A DNA stretch of 64,000 nucleotides from an uncultured Lachnospiraceae bacterium (GTDB lineage: Bacteria > Bacillota > Clostridia > Lachnospirales > Lachnospiraceae), in the NCBI GenBank assembly GCA_946623875.1, contig CAMORO010000004.1, positions 2,997 through 66,996 on the forward strand. The letters are read 5' to 3'. The notes beneath the pieces were generated by a model. The model saw only the letters and a list, made by a program, of their open reading frames with translations. It was not told the origin of the DNA and made no database searches. The position numbers were made by a program, and so were the translations under genes. This document shows, in pieces, positions 1 through 9,463 of this stretch (position 1 is the first letter of the stretch; each line of letters begins with the position of its first letter).

Positions 1-1
1 A

Positions 2-763
2 AAGCACCTTAAGGTACAGGCAAAGGGCGAGAAGGCCACATGGTATGAGATAGACGAAGATATTGACGGGAACGGTTATGATTTCAAGGAATATCTGAGT
101 ATGGATGAGGATACCCTTGAATATAAGGATAAGAATGTTTCTACGGTCAGGGGCGTGGATGTATCCAAATATCAGGGTGTTATTGACTGGGCTAAGGTTA
201 AGGCCGCCGGATATGATTTCGCGATGATAAGGGCAGGAGCCAGAGGATACGGAGGCGGTCAGCTTACGCTGGATGATAATTTCGTTTTGAATATGACGGG
301 AGCAAAGGCTGCGGGGCTTGATGTGGGAGTGTATTTCTTCACACAGGCAACTACGAAGGAGGAAGCGGTCGAAGAGGCTAATTTCACTGTCGGAGCTCTG
401 CTGAATTACGGAGTCACTTATCCGGTTGCAGTTGATGTCGAATGGATAGAGAACGATAAGGCACGGACCGATGATCTTACCCCGGAGGAGAGGACTGAAC
501 TGGCGCTTACCTTCTGCGAAACGGTGAAGTCATTCGGGTATACGCCCATGATATATGCCACAAGGGATATGCTGGTAGCAGGTATGCTCCCCGGAAAGCT
601 TACGGATTATGAGGTGTGGCTCAGTGATGATTACGAACCTCAGGACGGAACCGATTATCCTTACATGTTCGGCATGTGGCAGTACAGTAAAACAGGTAAG
701 GTTGACGGTATAGAGGGTGATGTGGACCTGAATCTGCGTTTTATCAATAAAAAAGAGAAATAA
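2..763 (+). CDS. GH25-family lysozyme/muramidase domain protein, 5' end upstream of window
   Basis: The frame of ORF 101..763 stays open back to nt 2 (KHLKVQAKGEKATWYEIDEDIDGNGYDFKEYLS...), so the listed Met is probably internal. GH25 hallmarks: RGVDVSKYQGVIDW, YDFAMIRAG, DVGVYFF, MWQYS..GKVDGIEGDVDLN. Confidence 0.8.
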   Translation, partial: KHLKVQAKGEKATWYEIDEDIDGNGYDFKEYLSMDEDTLEYKDKNVSTVRGVDVSKYQGVIDWAKVKAAGYDFAMIRAGARGYGGGQLTLDDNFVLNMTGAKAAGLDVGVYFFTQATTKEEAVEEANFTVGALLNYGVTYPVAVDVEWIENDKARTDDLTPEERTELALTFCETVKSFGYTPMIYATRDMLVAGMLPGKLTDYEVWLSDDYEPQDGTDYPYMFGMWQYSKTGKVDGIEGDVDLNLRFINKKEK

Positions 764-767
764 AACG

Positions 768-1562
768 TTACTTTGATACATTAAGTGACTTAAGCGCATC
801 GGATATGGGAAGAGTCGTGTAGATGTCCGCATATCTGGACGGGCTTAAGGTATCTATATAATTCTGATCGTATTTTCTCCAGGGCTGCTGCTTCTTGATG
901 ATGTCGGCAGCCTTGTTGTATGCTATGGCGGCCATTTCCTCGGTCGGATACGTCCCGACCGTGTAATTGCCGTTTACCAGGATGACTACCTTGTAGCTTA
1001 CCCGGCCTTTTTGCGATATCTTTTTCCTGACTCCCTGATAGCGGTTGATTATCTCTATGTTTTCGTAGCGGAAGTCATATCTGTCATCGTTTATGAAGCG
1101 GTAATCACGTCCGAGAACGGCGTGCTTCTTGATGCCGTATCGTGAATGGAGATTGACCTGCATTCCGTAGTCGGCAACAAAAAGATGTCTTCCTCTTCGC
1201 GAGATCTTGTGCTCGGAATAGTAGAACAGATCCTCTATATCGAATTTATATACATGGGTTCTGTCAAGATAGTATAGAAAATACCGTTTCTGCAGATAGA
1301 TGGGGTTCTTTATATATACCCGGTTGTCCCTGAAGTTGATCAGTACAACATACTTTTCAAAATCAAGAGGGCAGTCGTCACTGTAATCATCAACTGAGGC
1401 GGTACTTTTGATAAGCTGTTTCGCGTATTCATAGGCGCTTCCGGCCCGGCTCCTTGTATCGTAGCTTCCGAGGCTTATATGCTTGCTGCGGTATGTAAAG
1501 GATGCCCTGTAATATACATCCCCGTTCTTTTTCGTTGCTTCAAATACGCCGGTCTGACTCAT
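768..1562 (-). CDS. AP2-domain DNA-binding protein with a central degenerate HNH-like module (AP2 / HNH-like / AP2)
   Basis: N-terminal AP2-like segment: GVFEATKKNGDVYYRASFTYRSKHISLGSYDTRSRAGSAYEYA. C-terminal classic AP2: YQGVRKK..GRVSYKVVILVNGNYTVGTYPTEEMAAIAYNKAA. The middle (LHSRYGIKKHAVLGRDYRFINDDRYDFRYENIEI) resembles the HNH_3 core (..vdHingd..dNr.eNLe..), but the catalytic His and Asn positions are Phe. Confidence 0.7.
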   Translation of the reverse strand: MSQTGVFEATKKNGDVYYRASFTYRSKHISLGSYDTRSRAGSAYEYAKQLIKSTASVDDYSDDCPLDFEKYVVLINFRDNRVYIKNPIYLQKRYFLYYLDRTHVYKFDIEDLFYYSEHKISRRGRHLFVADYGMQVNLHSRYGIKKHAVLGRDYRFINDDRYDFRYENIEIINRYQGVRKKISQKGRVSYKVVILVNGNYTVGTYPTEEMAAIAYNKAADIIKKQQPWRKYDQNYIDTLSPSRYADIYTTLPISDALKSLNVSK

Positions 1563-1598
1563 ATTTCCTTCCCGTTTCCCTTTGTGATATCAACAGTA

Positions 1599-1623
1599 TA
1601 CACCATATCTTGTAGTTGGTGTA
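1599..1623. promoter_or_regulatory. 7-bp inverted repeat TACACCA-N11-TGGTGTA in the divergent AP2/WYL intergenic region (candidate operator)
   Basis: Read directly: tacacca (1599-1605) and tggtgta (1617-1623). It lies between the divergently transcribed 768..1562(-) and 1754..2731(+). Confidence 0.25.
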
Positions 1624-1753
1624 GATTTTTTTGTGAATATGTTGTATGATGTATAGGTCTGAAAGTGTCATTGCCGTACCGGTGTCAGGAGACGGATATG
1701 ATACCTTTGATTCCGTTAACGTAAATGATTCGTTTTGCCAAGGGGGACTGAAA

Positions 1754-2731
1754 ATGCCAAGATCCGTTAATCAGAAGCTGAAGATAATGTATATACGGGA
1801 TATTTTAAATAAATATACCGACGAGAATCATCCGCTGAGTGCTACAGATATCTGTAATATACTTAAGGAATACGGTATAGAGGCGGAACGTAAGAGCATT
1901 TATAACGATATAGAGATGCTGGCGTCCTACGGAATGGATATAATGAAGCTGTCGGGGCGCGAGGGCGGCTTCTTCGTCGGAGAGAGGGAGTTCGAACTTC
2001 CCGAGCTTAAGCTGCTTATAGATGCGGTGATGTCATCCAAGTTTATTACCAAGAAGAAGTCTGACCAGTTGGTGAAGAAGATCGCGTCGTTTGCGAGTGA
2101 TTACGATTCGGATGAACTTAAGCGGCAACTGTACAGCATAAACAGGATAAAGGGGCAGAACGAGGCTCTTCTTTACACGGTAGATGATATAAATGAAGCG
2201 ATAAGACAGAATTCCAGGATTGAGTTCACTTACTGTGAATGGGGAAAGGATATGAAGCTTCATCCGAGGAAGAACGGAGCTGTATATAATGTCAGCCCGC
2301 TGACTCTTATATGGGACGATGAATATTACTATCTGGTAGCTCTCGATTCGGCAACGAAAATCGTTAAGCATTACCGTGTGGACAAGATGCAGAATATAGG
2401 CATTACCGGTCAGAAGCGTTTAAAACCCGGGACGAAGCCGGATATGTCCGCATATTCGGGCAAGATGTTCGGTATGTTCGGCGGTGAGAAGGTTCCGGTT
2501 GGTTTTGCTTGTCCCGGTGATAAGGTCGGAATACTCATAGACAGGTTTGGACAGGACCTGAAGATCACAGGTAAGGACAGTGATACGGTGACCGTGCATA
2601 CGGAAGCGGTCCTGAGTGATATGTTCTACGGATGGGTTGCCGGAGTGGGACCGGACATTAAGATCGTAAGCCCTGCTCAGGCAGTGAACGGAATGCGGAA
2701 GTTCCTGAAGGATAATCTGGCCAATTACTGA
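1754..2731 (+). CDS. HTH-WYL-WCX type transcriptional regulator
   Basis: I prefer ATG 1754 (MPRSVNQKLKIMY...), preceded by AGGGGG at 1741-1746, over the listed 1646 start. N-terminal HTH (LSATDICNILKEYGIEAERKSIYNDIEML). WYL core (WDDEYYYLVALDSATKIVKHYRVDKM). C-terminal extension typical of WYL regulators. Confidence 0.8.
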   Translation: MPRSVNQKLKIMYIRDILNKYTDENHPLSATDICNILKEYGIEAERKSIYNDIEMLASYGMDIMKLSGREGGFFVGEREFELPELKLLIDAVMSSKFITKKKSDQLVKKIASFASDYDSDELKRQLYSINRIKGQNEALLYTVDDINEAIRQNSRIEFTYCEWGKDMKLHPRKNGAVYNVSPLTLIWDDEYYYLVALDSATKIVKHYRVDKMQNIGITGQKRLKPGTKPDMSAYSGKMFGMFGGEKVPVGFACPGDKVGILIDRFGQDLKITGKDSDTVTVHTEAVLSDMFYGWVAGVGPDIKIVSPAQAVNGMRKFLKDNLANY

Positions 2732-2779
2732 ATACGAAGTGTTTTGAGTCTGTCCGAATGTTTACCGGGATTTTTACTG

Positions 2780-2808
2780 TTGACTTATGGCGGAACGATT
2801 GATATTAT
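2780..2808 (+). promoter_or_regulatory. Sigma-A type promoter for nrdDG-dut (TTGACT-17-TATTAT)
   Basis: TTGACT at 2780-2785, a 17-nt spacer, then TATTAT at 2803-2808, read directly. Confidence 0.55.
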
Positions 2809-2817
2809 GGTATCTGT

Positions 2818-2833
2818 ACCCTAAATATGGTAC
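2818..2833. promoter_or_regulatory. Candidate NrdR box 1
   Basis: ACCCTAAATATGGTAC matches the published 16-bp NrdR palindrome consensus acaCwAtATaTwGtgt at about 11/16 positions. It sits just downstream of the -10. Confidence 0.4.
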
Positions 2834-2848
2834 CGAATGCAAACGTCA

Positions 2849-2864
2849 ACACAATATGTAGTAA
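2849..2864. promoter_or_regulatory. Candidate NrdR box 2
   Basis: ACACAATATGTAGTAA matches the NrdR consensus at about 13/16 positions. The centre-to-centre distance to box 1 is 31 bp, which is the typical tandem-box spacing. Confidence 0.5.
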
Positions 2865-2880
2865 TGATATGGAGGCTGTT

Positions 2881-5064
2881 ATGGGAGAAGAAGCTAAGGT
2901 GAATACCGAGAAGGATTATTCGTCGTTATACAAGCCGAAGAAGGATGTCAGGATGGTCAAGAAGGACGGAACGCGTGAGGCGTTTAATGTCCAGAAGGTA
3001 ATAGATGCGGTAGGTAAATCCGCGTACAGGGCACTGACCAAGTTCACGGAGGAGGAGAAGGATTTCATATGCTCCAAGGTCGTTGAGAGAGTTGATGAGC
3101 TTGATGTGGACGAGATACCCATTCCCATAATGCATAATATAGTAGAAAGCGCTCTCGAAGAGGTTAAGCCCATAGTTGCGAAGTCCTACAGGGATTACAG
3201 GAACTATAAGCAGGACTTCGTCAGGATGCTCGATGATGTATACAAGAAGAGCCAGTCCATCATGTATGTGGGCGACAAGGAGAATGCCAACACCGATTCG
3301 GCGCTTGTTTCAACCAAACGGAGCCTTATCTTTAACCAGCTCAACAAGGAGCTGTATCAGAAGTTCTTCATGACAACCGAGGAAATACAGGCCTGTCGTG
3401 ACGGTTATATCTATGTGCATGATATGTCGGCAAGGCGTGATACCATGAACTGCTGTCTGTTCGATGTGGCTACGGTACTGAAGGGCGGCTTCGAGATGGG
3501 TAATATCTGGTACAATGAGCCCAAGGCACTCGATACCTGCTTTGATGTCATAGGAGATATCGTTCTTTCCGCGGCTTCACAGCAATACGGAGGATTTACC
3601 GTACCTTCGGTCGATCTTATCCTTGAGCCGTACGCCGAGAAATCCTATCAGAAGTATATTAAGAAGTACACTGATCTCGGAATAGATGAAAAGAAGGCCG
3701 AGGAAGTAGCCTACAAGGATGTGGAGAGAGATTTCGAGCAGGGCTTCCAGGGCTGGGAGTACAAGTTCAATACAGTGGCAAGCTCCAGAGGTGACTATCC
3801 TTTCATCACCGTTACCGCAGGTACCGGAACAGGAAGATTTGCCAAGCTTGCAACCATTACGATGCTTCACGTAAGGCGTAAAGGACAGGGCAAGGCTGAA
3901 TGTAAGAAACCTGTATTATTCCCGAAGATAGTCTTTTTATATGATGAAAATCTTCACGGTCCCGGAAAGGAGCTTGAGGATGTGTTTGAAGCTGGAGTGG
4001 AGTGCTCGAGCAAGACCATGTATCCCGACTGGCTGAGTCTTACCGGCAAGGGTTATATTGCCAGTATGTATAAGCAGTACGGGAAGATCATATCACCGAT
4101 GGGCTGCCGTGCCTTCCTTTCGCCCTGGTATGAGCGCGGAGGAATGCATCCGGCTGATGATAAGGATGAGCCGGTATTTGTGGGAAGGTTCAATGTCGGA
4201 GCCGTATCGCTTCATCTTCCGATGATACTTGCCAAGTCCAGACAGGAGAGCAGGGATTTCTATGAGGTTCTCGATTACTATCTGAATCTTATCAGGGGAC
4301 TCCACAAGAGGACTTATGCTTATCTTGGTGAGATGAGGGCTTCCACCAATCCGCTCGCATACTGTGAGGGAGGATTCTACGGCGGACATCTGCAGCTTAC
4401 CGATAAGATCAAGCCATTGCTCAAGTCGGCTACGGCTTCCTTCGGTATCACTGCGTTTAATGAGCTTCAGGAGCTTTATAACGGTAAATCACTGGCGGAG
4501 GACGGTGAATTTGCTCTTGAGGTTCTATCATATATCAATAAAAAGGTAGCGGAATTCAAGGAGGAGGACGGACATCTGTATGCCATTTACGGAACTCCGG
4601 CCGAGAGCCTGTGCGGACTTCAGGTTAAGCAGTTCCGTAAGAAATACGGTATTGTTGAAAATGTATCCGACAGGGAATACGTATCCAATTCATTCCACTG
4701 CCACGTTACAGAAGATATCACTCCAATTGAGAAGCAGGATCTTGAATACAGATTCTGGGAGCTCAGTAACGGCGGTAAGATACAGTATGTTAAGTATCCT
4801 ATAGATTACAACCTTGATGCTATCAAGACACTGATACGCAGGGCAATGAAGATGGGATTCTACGAAGGCGTCAATATGTCGCTGGCTTATTGCGATGATT
4901 GCGGGCATCAGGAGCTGGAAATGGATGTGTGCCCCAAGTGCGGAAGCAAGAATCTGACAAAGATCGAGCGTATGAACGGTTATCTGTCATACAGCAGGGT
5001 ACATGGAGATACCAGGCTTAATGATGCCAAGATGGCCGAGATAGCGGAAAGGAAGAGCATGTAG
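2881..5064 (+). CDS. nrdD: Anaerobic (class III) ribonucleoside-triphosphate reductase
   Basis: ATP-cone (VKKDGTREAFNVQKVIDAV), a long NrdD core, a C-terminal Zn ribbon (CDDCGH..CPKCGS) and a glycyl-radical motif (RMNGYLS). I moved the start to ATG 2881 (GGAGG at 2871-2875) because the listed 2827 start lies inside the promoter/NrdR-box region. Confidence 0.92.
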   Translation: MGEEAKVNTEKDYSSLYKPKKDVRMVKKDGTREAFNVQKVIDAVGKSAYRALTKFTEEEKDFICSKVVERVDELDVDEIPIPIMHNIVESALEEVKPIVAKSYRDYRNYKQDFVRMLDDVYKKSQSIMYVGDKENANTDSALVSTKRSLIFNQLNKELYQKFFMTTEEIQACRDGYIYVHDMSARRDTMNCCLFDVATVLKGGFEMGNIWYNEPKALDTCFDVIGDIVLSAASQQYGGFTVPSVDLILEPYAEKSYQKYIKKYTDLGIDEKKAEEVAYKDVERDFEQGFQGWEYKFNTVASSRGDYPFITVTAGTGTGRFAKLATITMLHVRRKGQGKAECKKPVLFPKIVFLYDENLHGPGKELEDVFEAGVECSSKTMYPDWLSLTGKGYIASMYKQYGKIISPMGCRAFLSPWYERGGMHPADDKDEPVFVGRFNVGAVSLHLPMILAKSRQESRDFYEVLDYYLNLIRGLHKRTYAYLGEMRASTNPLAYCEGGFYGGHLQLTDKIKPLLKSATASFGITAFNELQELYNGKSLAEDGEFALEVLSYINKKVAEFKEEDGHLYAIYGTPAESLCGLQVKQFRKKYGIVENVSDREYVSNSFHCHVTEDITPIEKQDLEYRFWELSNGGKIQYVKYPIDYNLDAIKTLIRRAMKMGFYEGVNMSLAYCDDCGHQELEMDVCPKCGSKNLTKIERMNGYLSYSRVHGDTRLNDAKMAEIAERKSM

Positions 5065-5065
5065 G

Positions 5066-5578
5066 ATGAGGTATCACAATATAACGAAGGACGACATGCT
5101 GAACGGTGACGGTCTGCGGGTCGTATTGTGGGTGGCGGGCTGTGATCATTGCTGTAAGGACTGCCACAATCCCGTAACATGGAATCCTGACGGTGGTCTT
5201 CCCTTTGATGATAATGCCAGGCAGGAAATTTTTAATGAACTGGACAAGGATTATATTTCCGGGATTACCTTCAGCGGCGGTGATCCGCTGCATCCCGCCA
5301 ATATGATGGATGTACAGGCGTTTGCAAAGGAGGTCAGGGAGAAATATCCGGCTAAGACCATATGGCTGTATACGGGTTCCGACTGGGAGGATATAAATCA
5401 TCTTCCGATAATGAAATACATTGATGTTCTTGTAGACGGGGAGTTTAAGACCGAGCTTAAGGATGTTAAGCTGCGCTGGAAGGGAAGCAGTAACCAGCGT
5501 GTCATAGATGTACAGGATACACTTGAGAGTGAGGATCCGTTAAAGCCCGTTATACACTGTCCCGATTACTATGTGTAA
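5066..5578 (+). CDS. nrdG: Anaerobic RNR activating protein (radical SAM)
   Basis: Cys cluster GCDHCCKDCHNP and GITFSGGDPL. Starts 2 nt after the nrdD stop. Confidence 0.9.
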   Translation: MRYHNITKDDMLNGDGLRVVLWVAGCDHCCKDCHNPVTWNPDGGLPFDDNARQEIFNELDKDYISGITFSGGDPLHPANMMDVQAFAKEVREKYPAKTIWLYTGSDWEDINHLPIMKYIDVLVDGEFKTELKDVKLRWKGSSNQRVIDVQDTLESEDPLKPVIHCPDYYV

Positions 5579-5626
5579 CTATTCATAAAAGCACATATAT
5601 TTTTAACGACGGAAAGCGAGGTAATC

Positions 5627-6073
5627 ATGACCGAAACAATAAAGATAACATATCTTTCGGACAAGATAGACAAGCTTACATATATAGAAGGCAAGTCGGA
5701 CTGGATCGACTTAAGATCGGCAGAGGATGTAAGCCTTAAAAAGGGCGATTTCCATCTTATCAATCTAGGTGTTTCAATGTGTCTGCCGGATGGATATGAA
5801 ATGCTTATCGCTCCCAGGAGTTCGACATTTAAGAACTTTGGCATAATTCAGACCAACAGCGTCGGCGTAGTGGATGAATCCTACGGAAAGAACAGCAGCA
5901 GTGATGTTCTCATGATGCCTGTTTATGCAGTAAGAGACACTGAGATACATGTTAATGACAGAGTGTGCCAGTTCCGGATAATCAGGCATCAGCCGGTTAT
6001 CGGGTTCATCGAATGTGAACCGACAAAAGAAGGAGAGGCACGCGGAGGTTTCGGTTCGACAGGCGTGAACTGA
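5627..6073 (+). CDS. dut: dUTP diphosphatase (trimeric dUTPase)
   Basis: Motifs APRSS, GVVDESY and RGGFGSTG. Confidence 0.9.
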   Translation: MTETIKITYLSDKIDKLTYIEGKSDWIDLRSAEDVSLKKGDFHLINLGVSMCLPDGYEMLIAPRSSTFKNFGIIQTNSVGVVDESYGKNSSSDVLMMPVYAVRDTEIHVNDRVCQFRIIRHQPVIGFIECEPTKEGEARGGFGSTGVN

Positions 6074-6076
6074 CAG

Positions 6077-7414
6077 ATGAAAAAGCACAGGATCATGAAG
6101 GTGCTTCCTGAAAGCATTGCTGAGGAGATGGGTATTGAGCCGGGTGACTGCCTGCTTAAGATAAACGATCAGGAAATGGATGACATCTTCGACTATCAGT
6201 ATCTTGTCGAGGATGAATATTTGGAAGTGCTTATCGGGAAGCCGTCCGGAGAAGAATGGCTGCTTGAAATAGATAAGGAGGCGGATGAGGATCTGGGGAT
6301 TGAGTTCGAGAGCGGACTCATGGATTCCTACAGGTCCTGTTGTAATAAATGCATCTTCTGTTTTATCGATCAGATGCCTCCGGGGATGAGGGAAACACTA
6401 TATTTTAAGGATGATGATTCAAGGCTCTCATTTTTGCAGGGCAACTATGTTACACTTACAAATATGAGCGACCATGATCTTGACAGGATAATCAGGTATC
6501 ATATGTCGCCTATCAATATTTCATTTCAGACAACCAATCCCGAACTCAGATGCAAAATGCTTAATAACCGCTTCGCGGGACAGGCACTTAAGAAGGCAGA
6601 CAGACTGTATGAGGCCGGAATTATTATGAACGGCCAGATAGTGCTGTGCAGGAATGTGAATGACGGGGATGAGTTAAGGCGCTCCATAAGCGATCTTATG
6701 AAATATATCCCGTGCCTTGAGAGCGTATCGGTTGTACCCGTCGGATTGTCCAAATACAGAGACGGCCTGTATCCTCTCGAGCCGTTTGATAAGGAAACAG
6801 CCGCACAGACAATAGATATTATCGAGGATTTTCAGAGGAAGATATACAAAGAACACGGGATCCATTTTATACATGCATCGGACGAGTTCTATCTTTTGGC
6901 CGGGAGGGAGCTCCCGGAAGCTGAGCGTTATGACGGTTATCTTCAACTGGAGAACGGCGTCGGGATGCTTCGGCTTCTGCTTGATGAATTTGATGAAGCG
7001 CTGGCAGAGCTTAAGGAACGTATCGGGGATATACCTGCTGCTGCGGATACTAAGATACATGTTTCGCTGGCTACCGGTAAGCTGGCTGCTCCGTATATAA
7101 GGAGCATGGCTGACAGGCTGACAGAGCTTCTTGCGGGTGTCCGTATCAGTGTGTATGAGATCAGGAATGATTTCTTTGGCGAAATGATCACTGTGGCGGG
7201 ACTATTAACGGGACAGGATATCAGAGAACAGTTGTCCGGTAAGGAACTCGGTGAACGTCTGCTGCTGCCGCAATGCGTACTCAGGGCCGGAGATGATGTT
7301 TTCCTTGATGACGTACATCTTCACGAGCTTGAAAAATCTTTACAAGTACCTATAGATATTGTAAAATCAAGCGGATGGGATTTTATAGAGGCAGTTTTGG
7401 GAGATAAGATATGA
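6077..7414 (+). CDS. PDZ-domain radical SAM protein (DUF512-type)
   Basis: N-terminal PDZ-like segment ([15 protein letters not shown]), a Cys cluster (CNKCIFCF), and the conserved position immediately upstream of der seen in Clostridia. Confidence 0.75.
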   Translation: MKKHRIMKVLPESIAEEMGIEPGDCLLKINDQEMDDIFDYQYLVEDEYLEVLIGKPSGEEWLLEIDKEADEDLGIEFESGLMDSYRSCCNKCIFCFIDQMPPGMRETLYFKDDDSRLSFLQGNYVTLTNMSDHDLDRIIRYHMSPINISFQTTNPELRCKMLNNRFAGQALKKADRLYEAGIIMNGQIVLCRNVNDGDELRRSISDLMKYIPCLESVSVVPVGLSKYRDGLYPLEPFDKETAAQTIDIIEDFQRKIYKEHGIHFIHASDEFYLLAGRELPEAERYDGYLQLENGVGMLRLLLDEFDEALAELKERIGDIPAAADTKIHVSLATGKLAAPYIRSMADRLTELLAGVRISVYEIRNDFFGEMITVAGLLTGQDIREQLSGKELGERLLLPQCVLRAGDDVFLDDVHLHELEKSLQVPIDIVKSSGWDFIEAVLGDKI

Positions 7415-8733
7415 GTAAGCCGATCGTGGCAGTAGTGGGACGTCCTAATGTCGGGAAATCAACTTTGTTCAATGCGCTCGCAGGGGAAAGGATCAGTATC
7501 GTTAAAGATACACCCGGCATAACAAGAGACAGGATATATGCGGATGTTTCATGGCTGGATCATGATTTTACCCTGATTGATACAGGCGGAATAGAGCCCG
7601 AGAGCAGGGACATAATCCTTTCGCAGATGCGCGAACAGGCTCAGATCGCGATAGACACTGCGGATGTGATCATTTTTATGGTTGATGTCAGGCAGGGACT
7701 TGTGGATTCGGACAGCAAGGTGGCAGACATGCTGCGCCGGTCAAAGAAGCCTGTGGTTCTTGCGGTAAACAAGGTTGATGATATCAGGAAATACGGCAAT
7801 GATATATATGAGTTCTATAATCTTGGAATAGGTGAGCCCTATGGTATATCCTCGGCCAACAGGATGGGACTCGGAGATATGCTCGATGTTGTCGTTTCGT
7901 ACTTCCCGGAAGGGAGTGATGAGGAAGAGGAGGATGACAGGCCGAGGATAGCGATCGTCGGCAAGCCAAATGTGGGCAAATCCTCGATAATTAACAAGCT
8001 TCTGGGTGAAGACAGGGTAATAGTATCTGATATTGCGGGTACTACCCGGGACGCCGTTGATACACCGGTCGTACACAACGGTCGTGAGTACGTATTTATC
8101 GATACGGCCGGACTAAGGCGGAAGAACAAGGTTAAGGAAGAACTTGAGCATTTCATGGTGGTGCGCACGGTTGGTGCCGTTGAAAGAGCCGATGTTGCGG
8201 TACTTGTGATCGATGCGGTTGAGGGCGTTACCGAGCAGGAAGCCAAGATCGCCGGCATAGCGCACGACAGTGGAAAGGCCGTGATCATTGCGGTAAATAA
8301 ATGGGATGCGATCGAGAAAGATGATAAGACCGTATATGAGTATGAGAAGAAGATAAGGAACACTCTCTCATACATGCCTTATGCCGAGATCATATTTATA
8401 TCGGCGAAGACAGGCCAGAGACTGCAGAAGCTGTTTGACATGATAGATATGGTGGTTGAGAACCACTCAATGCGTATACAGACGGGAGTTCTTAACGAAA
8501 TAATGTCGGAAGCAGTTGCAATGCAGCAGCCACCGGCAGACAAAGGCAAGAGGCTTAAGCTGTTCTACATGACACAGGTTTCGGTGAAGCCGCCTACCTT
8601 CGTTATCTTTGTCAATGATAAGGAGCTTATGCATTTTTCTTATACAAGATATATTGAGAATCAGATAAGAGAGGCCTTCGGTTTCAGGGGAACTCCTCTC
8701 AAATTTATAATAAGGGAAAGAGGCGAGAAGTAA
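7411..8733 (+). CDS. der: Ribosome-biogenesis GTPase Der (EngA)
   Basis: Two tandem G domains ([17 protein letters not shown] and [17 protein letters not shown]) plus a KH-like C-terminus. ATGA overlap with the upstream gene. Confidence 0.95.
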   Translation: MSKPIVAVVGRPNVGKSTLFNALAGERISIVKDTPGITRDRIYADVSWLDHDFTLIDTGGIEPESRDIILSQMREQAQIAIDTADVIIFMVDVRQGLVDSDSKVADMLRRSKKPVVLAVNKVDDIRKYGNDIYEFYNLGIGEPYGISSANRMGLGDMLDVVVSYFPEGSDEEEEDDRPRIAIVGKPNVGKSSIINKLLGEDRVIVSDIAGTTRDAVDTPVVHNGREYVFIDTAGLRRKNKVKEELEHFMVVRTVGAVERADVAVLVIDAVEGVTEQEAKIAGIAHDSGKAVIIAVNKWDAIEKDDKTVYEYEKKIRNTLSYMPYAEIIFISAKTGQRLQKLFDMIDMVVENHSMRIQTGVLNEIMSEAVAMQQPPADKGKRLKLFYMTQVSVKPPTFVIFVNDKELMHFSYTRYIENQIREAFGFRGTPLKFIIRERGEK

Positions 8734-9431
8734 TGGAGCGTATTATCTGCCTGATAATGGGTTATGCGCTTGGACTGGTACAGACAGGATATCTGGTCGG
8801 TCGTGCCAAAGGAATAGATATAAGGAATTACGGCAGTAAAAATGCGGGAACAACAAATGTCCTGCGTACTCTCGGTAAGAAATACGCAGTGATCGTGCTG
8901 TTGGGGGACGCCATGAAATGTGTGATAGCGGTGTTGCTGTGCAAGGTTGTATTCGGGTACCTGAAGCCTGAATTGCTCAGTCTGCTCATGCTGTATGCCG
9001 CCGCAGGCGTTATACTGGGTCACAATTTCCCCTTTTATCTTAATTTTCAGGGTGGCAAGGGGATTGCAGCGACACTGGGTCTTGCGATCTCATACTGTTT
9101 TCAGATAAGGCACGGTTGGATCGTTCTGGTCGGCGGGTTCGGCTGTTTTGCGATCATTTTCTTTATTACTCATTACGTTTCACTGGGTTCCATAGTGGGA
9201 TATATTTCCATGTTCATTACGGTCGTGGTGATCGGAGAACTTGGTTTTCTTAATCTGTCACCGGCTTCCGACAGGGTATATCTTATCGAGTATTACATAG
9301 TTCTGGGATTGCTTACGCTAATGGCGATCTACAGACATAAGGAGAATATAAAGCGTCTGATCGCCGGAAATGAGAGGAAGACATTCCTTAGAAGTAAGGG
9401 CGAGCTTGAGGATGCGGGTAATCAGACGTAA
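8733..9431 (+). CDS. plsY: Glycerol-3-phosphate acyltransferase PlsY
   Basis: GSKNAGTTNV, GHNFP and GGKGIA motifs in a polytopic membrane protein. Confidence 0.9.
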   Translation: MERIICLIMGYALGLVQTGYLVGRAKGIDIRNYGSKNAGTTNVLRTLGKKYAVIVLLGDAMKCVIAVLLCKVVFGYLKPELLSLLMLYAAAGVILGHNFPFYLNFQGGKGIAATLGLAISYCFQIRHGWIVLVGGFGCFAIIFFITHYVSLGSIVGYISMFITVVVIGELGFLNLSPASDRVYLIEYYIVLGLLTLMAIYRHKENIKRLIAGNERKTFLRSKGELEDAGNQT

Positions 9432-9463
9432 GCATACATGAATAATCAGGGAGAGGTATTGAT

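Noticed and set aside
1-2731. Calling the left edge (GH25 lysozyme, AP2/HNH-like gene, WYL regulator) a prophage or mobile element
   Set aside because: The gene content is suggestive, but no integrase, terminase, structural genes, att repeats or tRNA target are visible inside the window. It cannot be supported without the upstream sequence.
2827-2880. Longest-ORF starts for nrdD (2827), the WYL gene (1646), glyA (31143), purA (56645), the FHA protein (19119), comEA (21264) and the repeat protein (61121)
   Set aside because: In each case the extension lacks an SD or overlaps a promoter, operator or terminator, and a downstream in-frame start with a good SD gives the N-terminus expected for the family.
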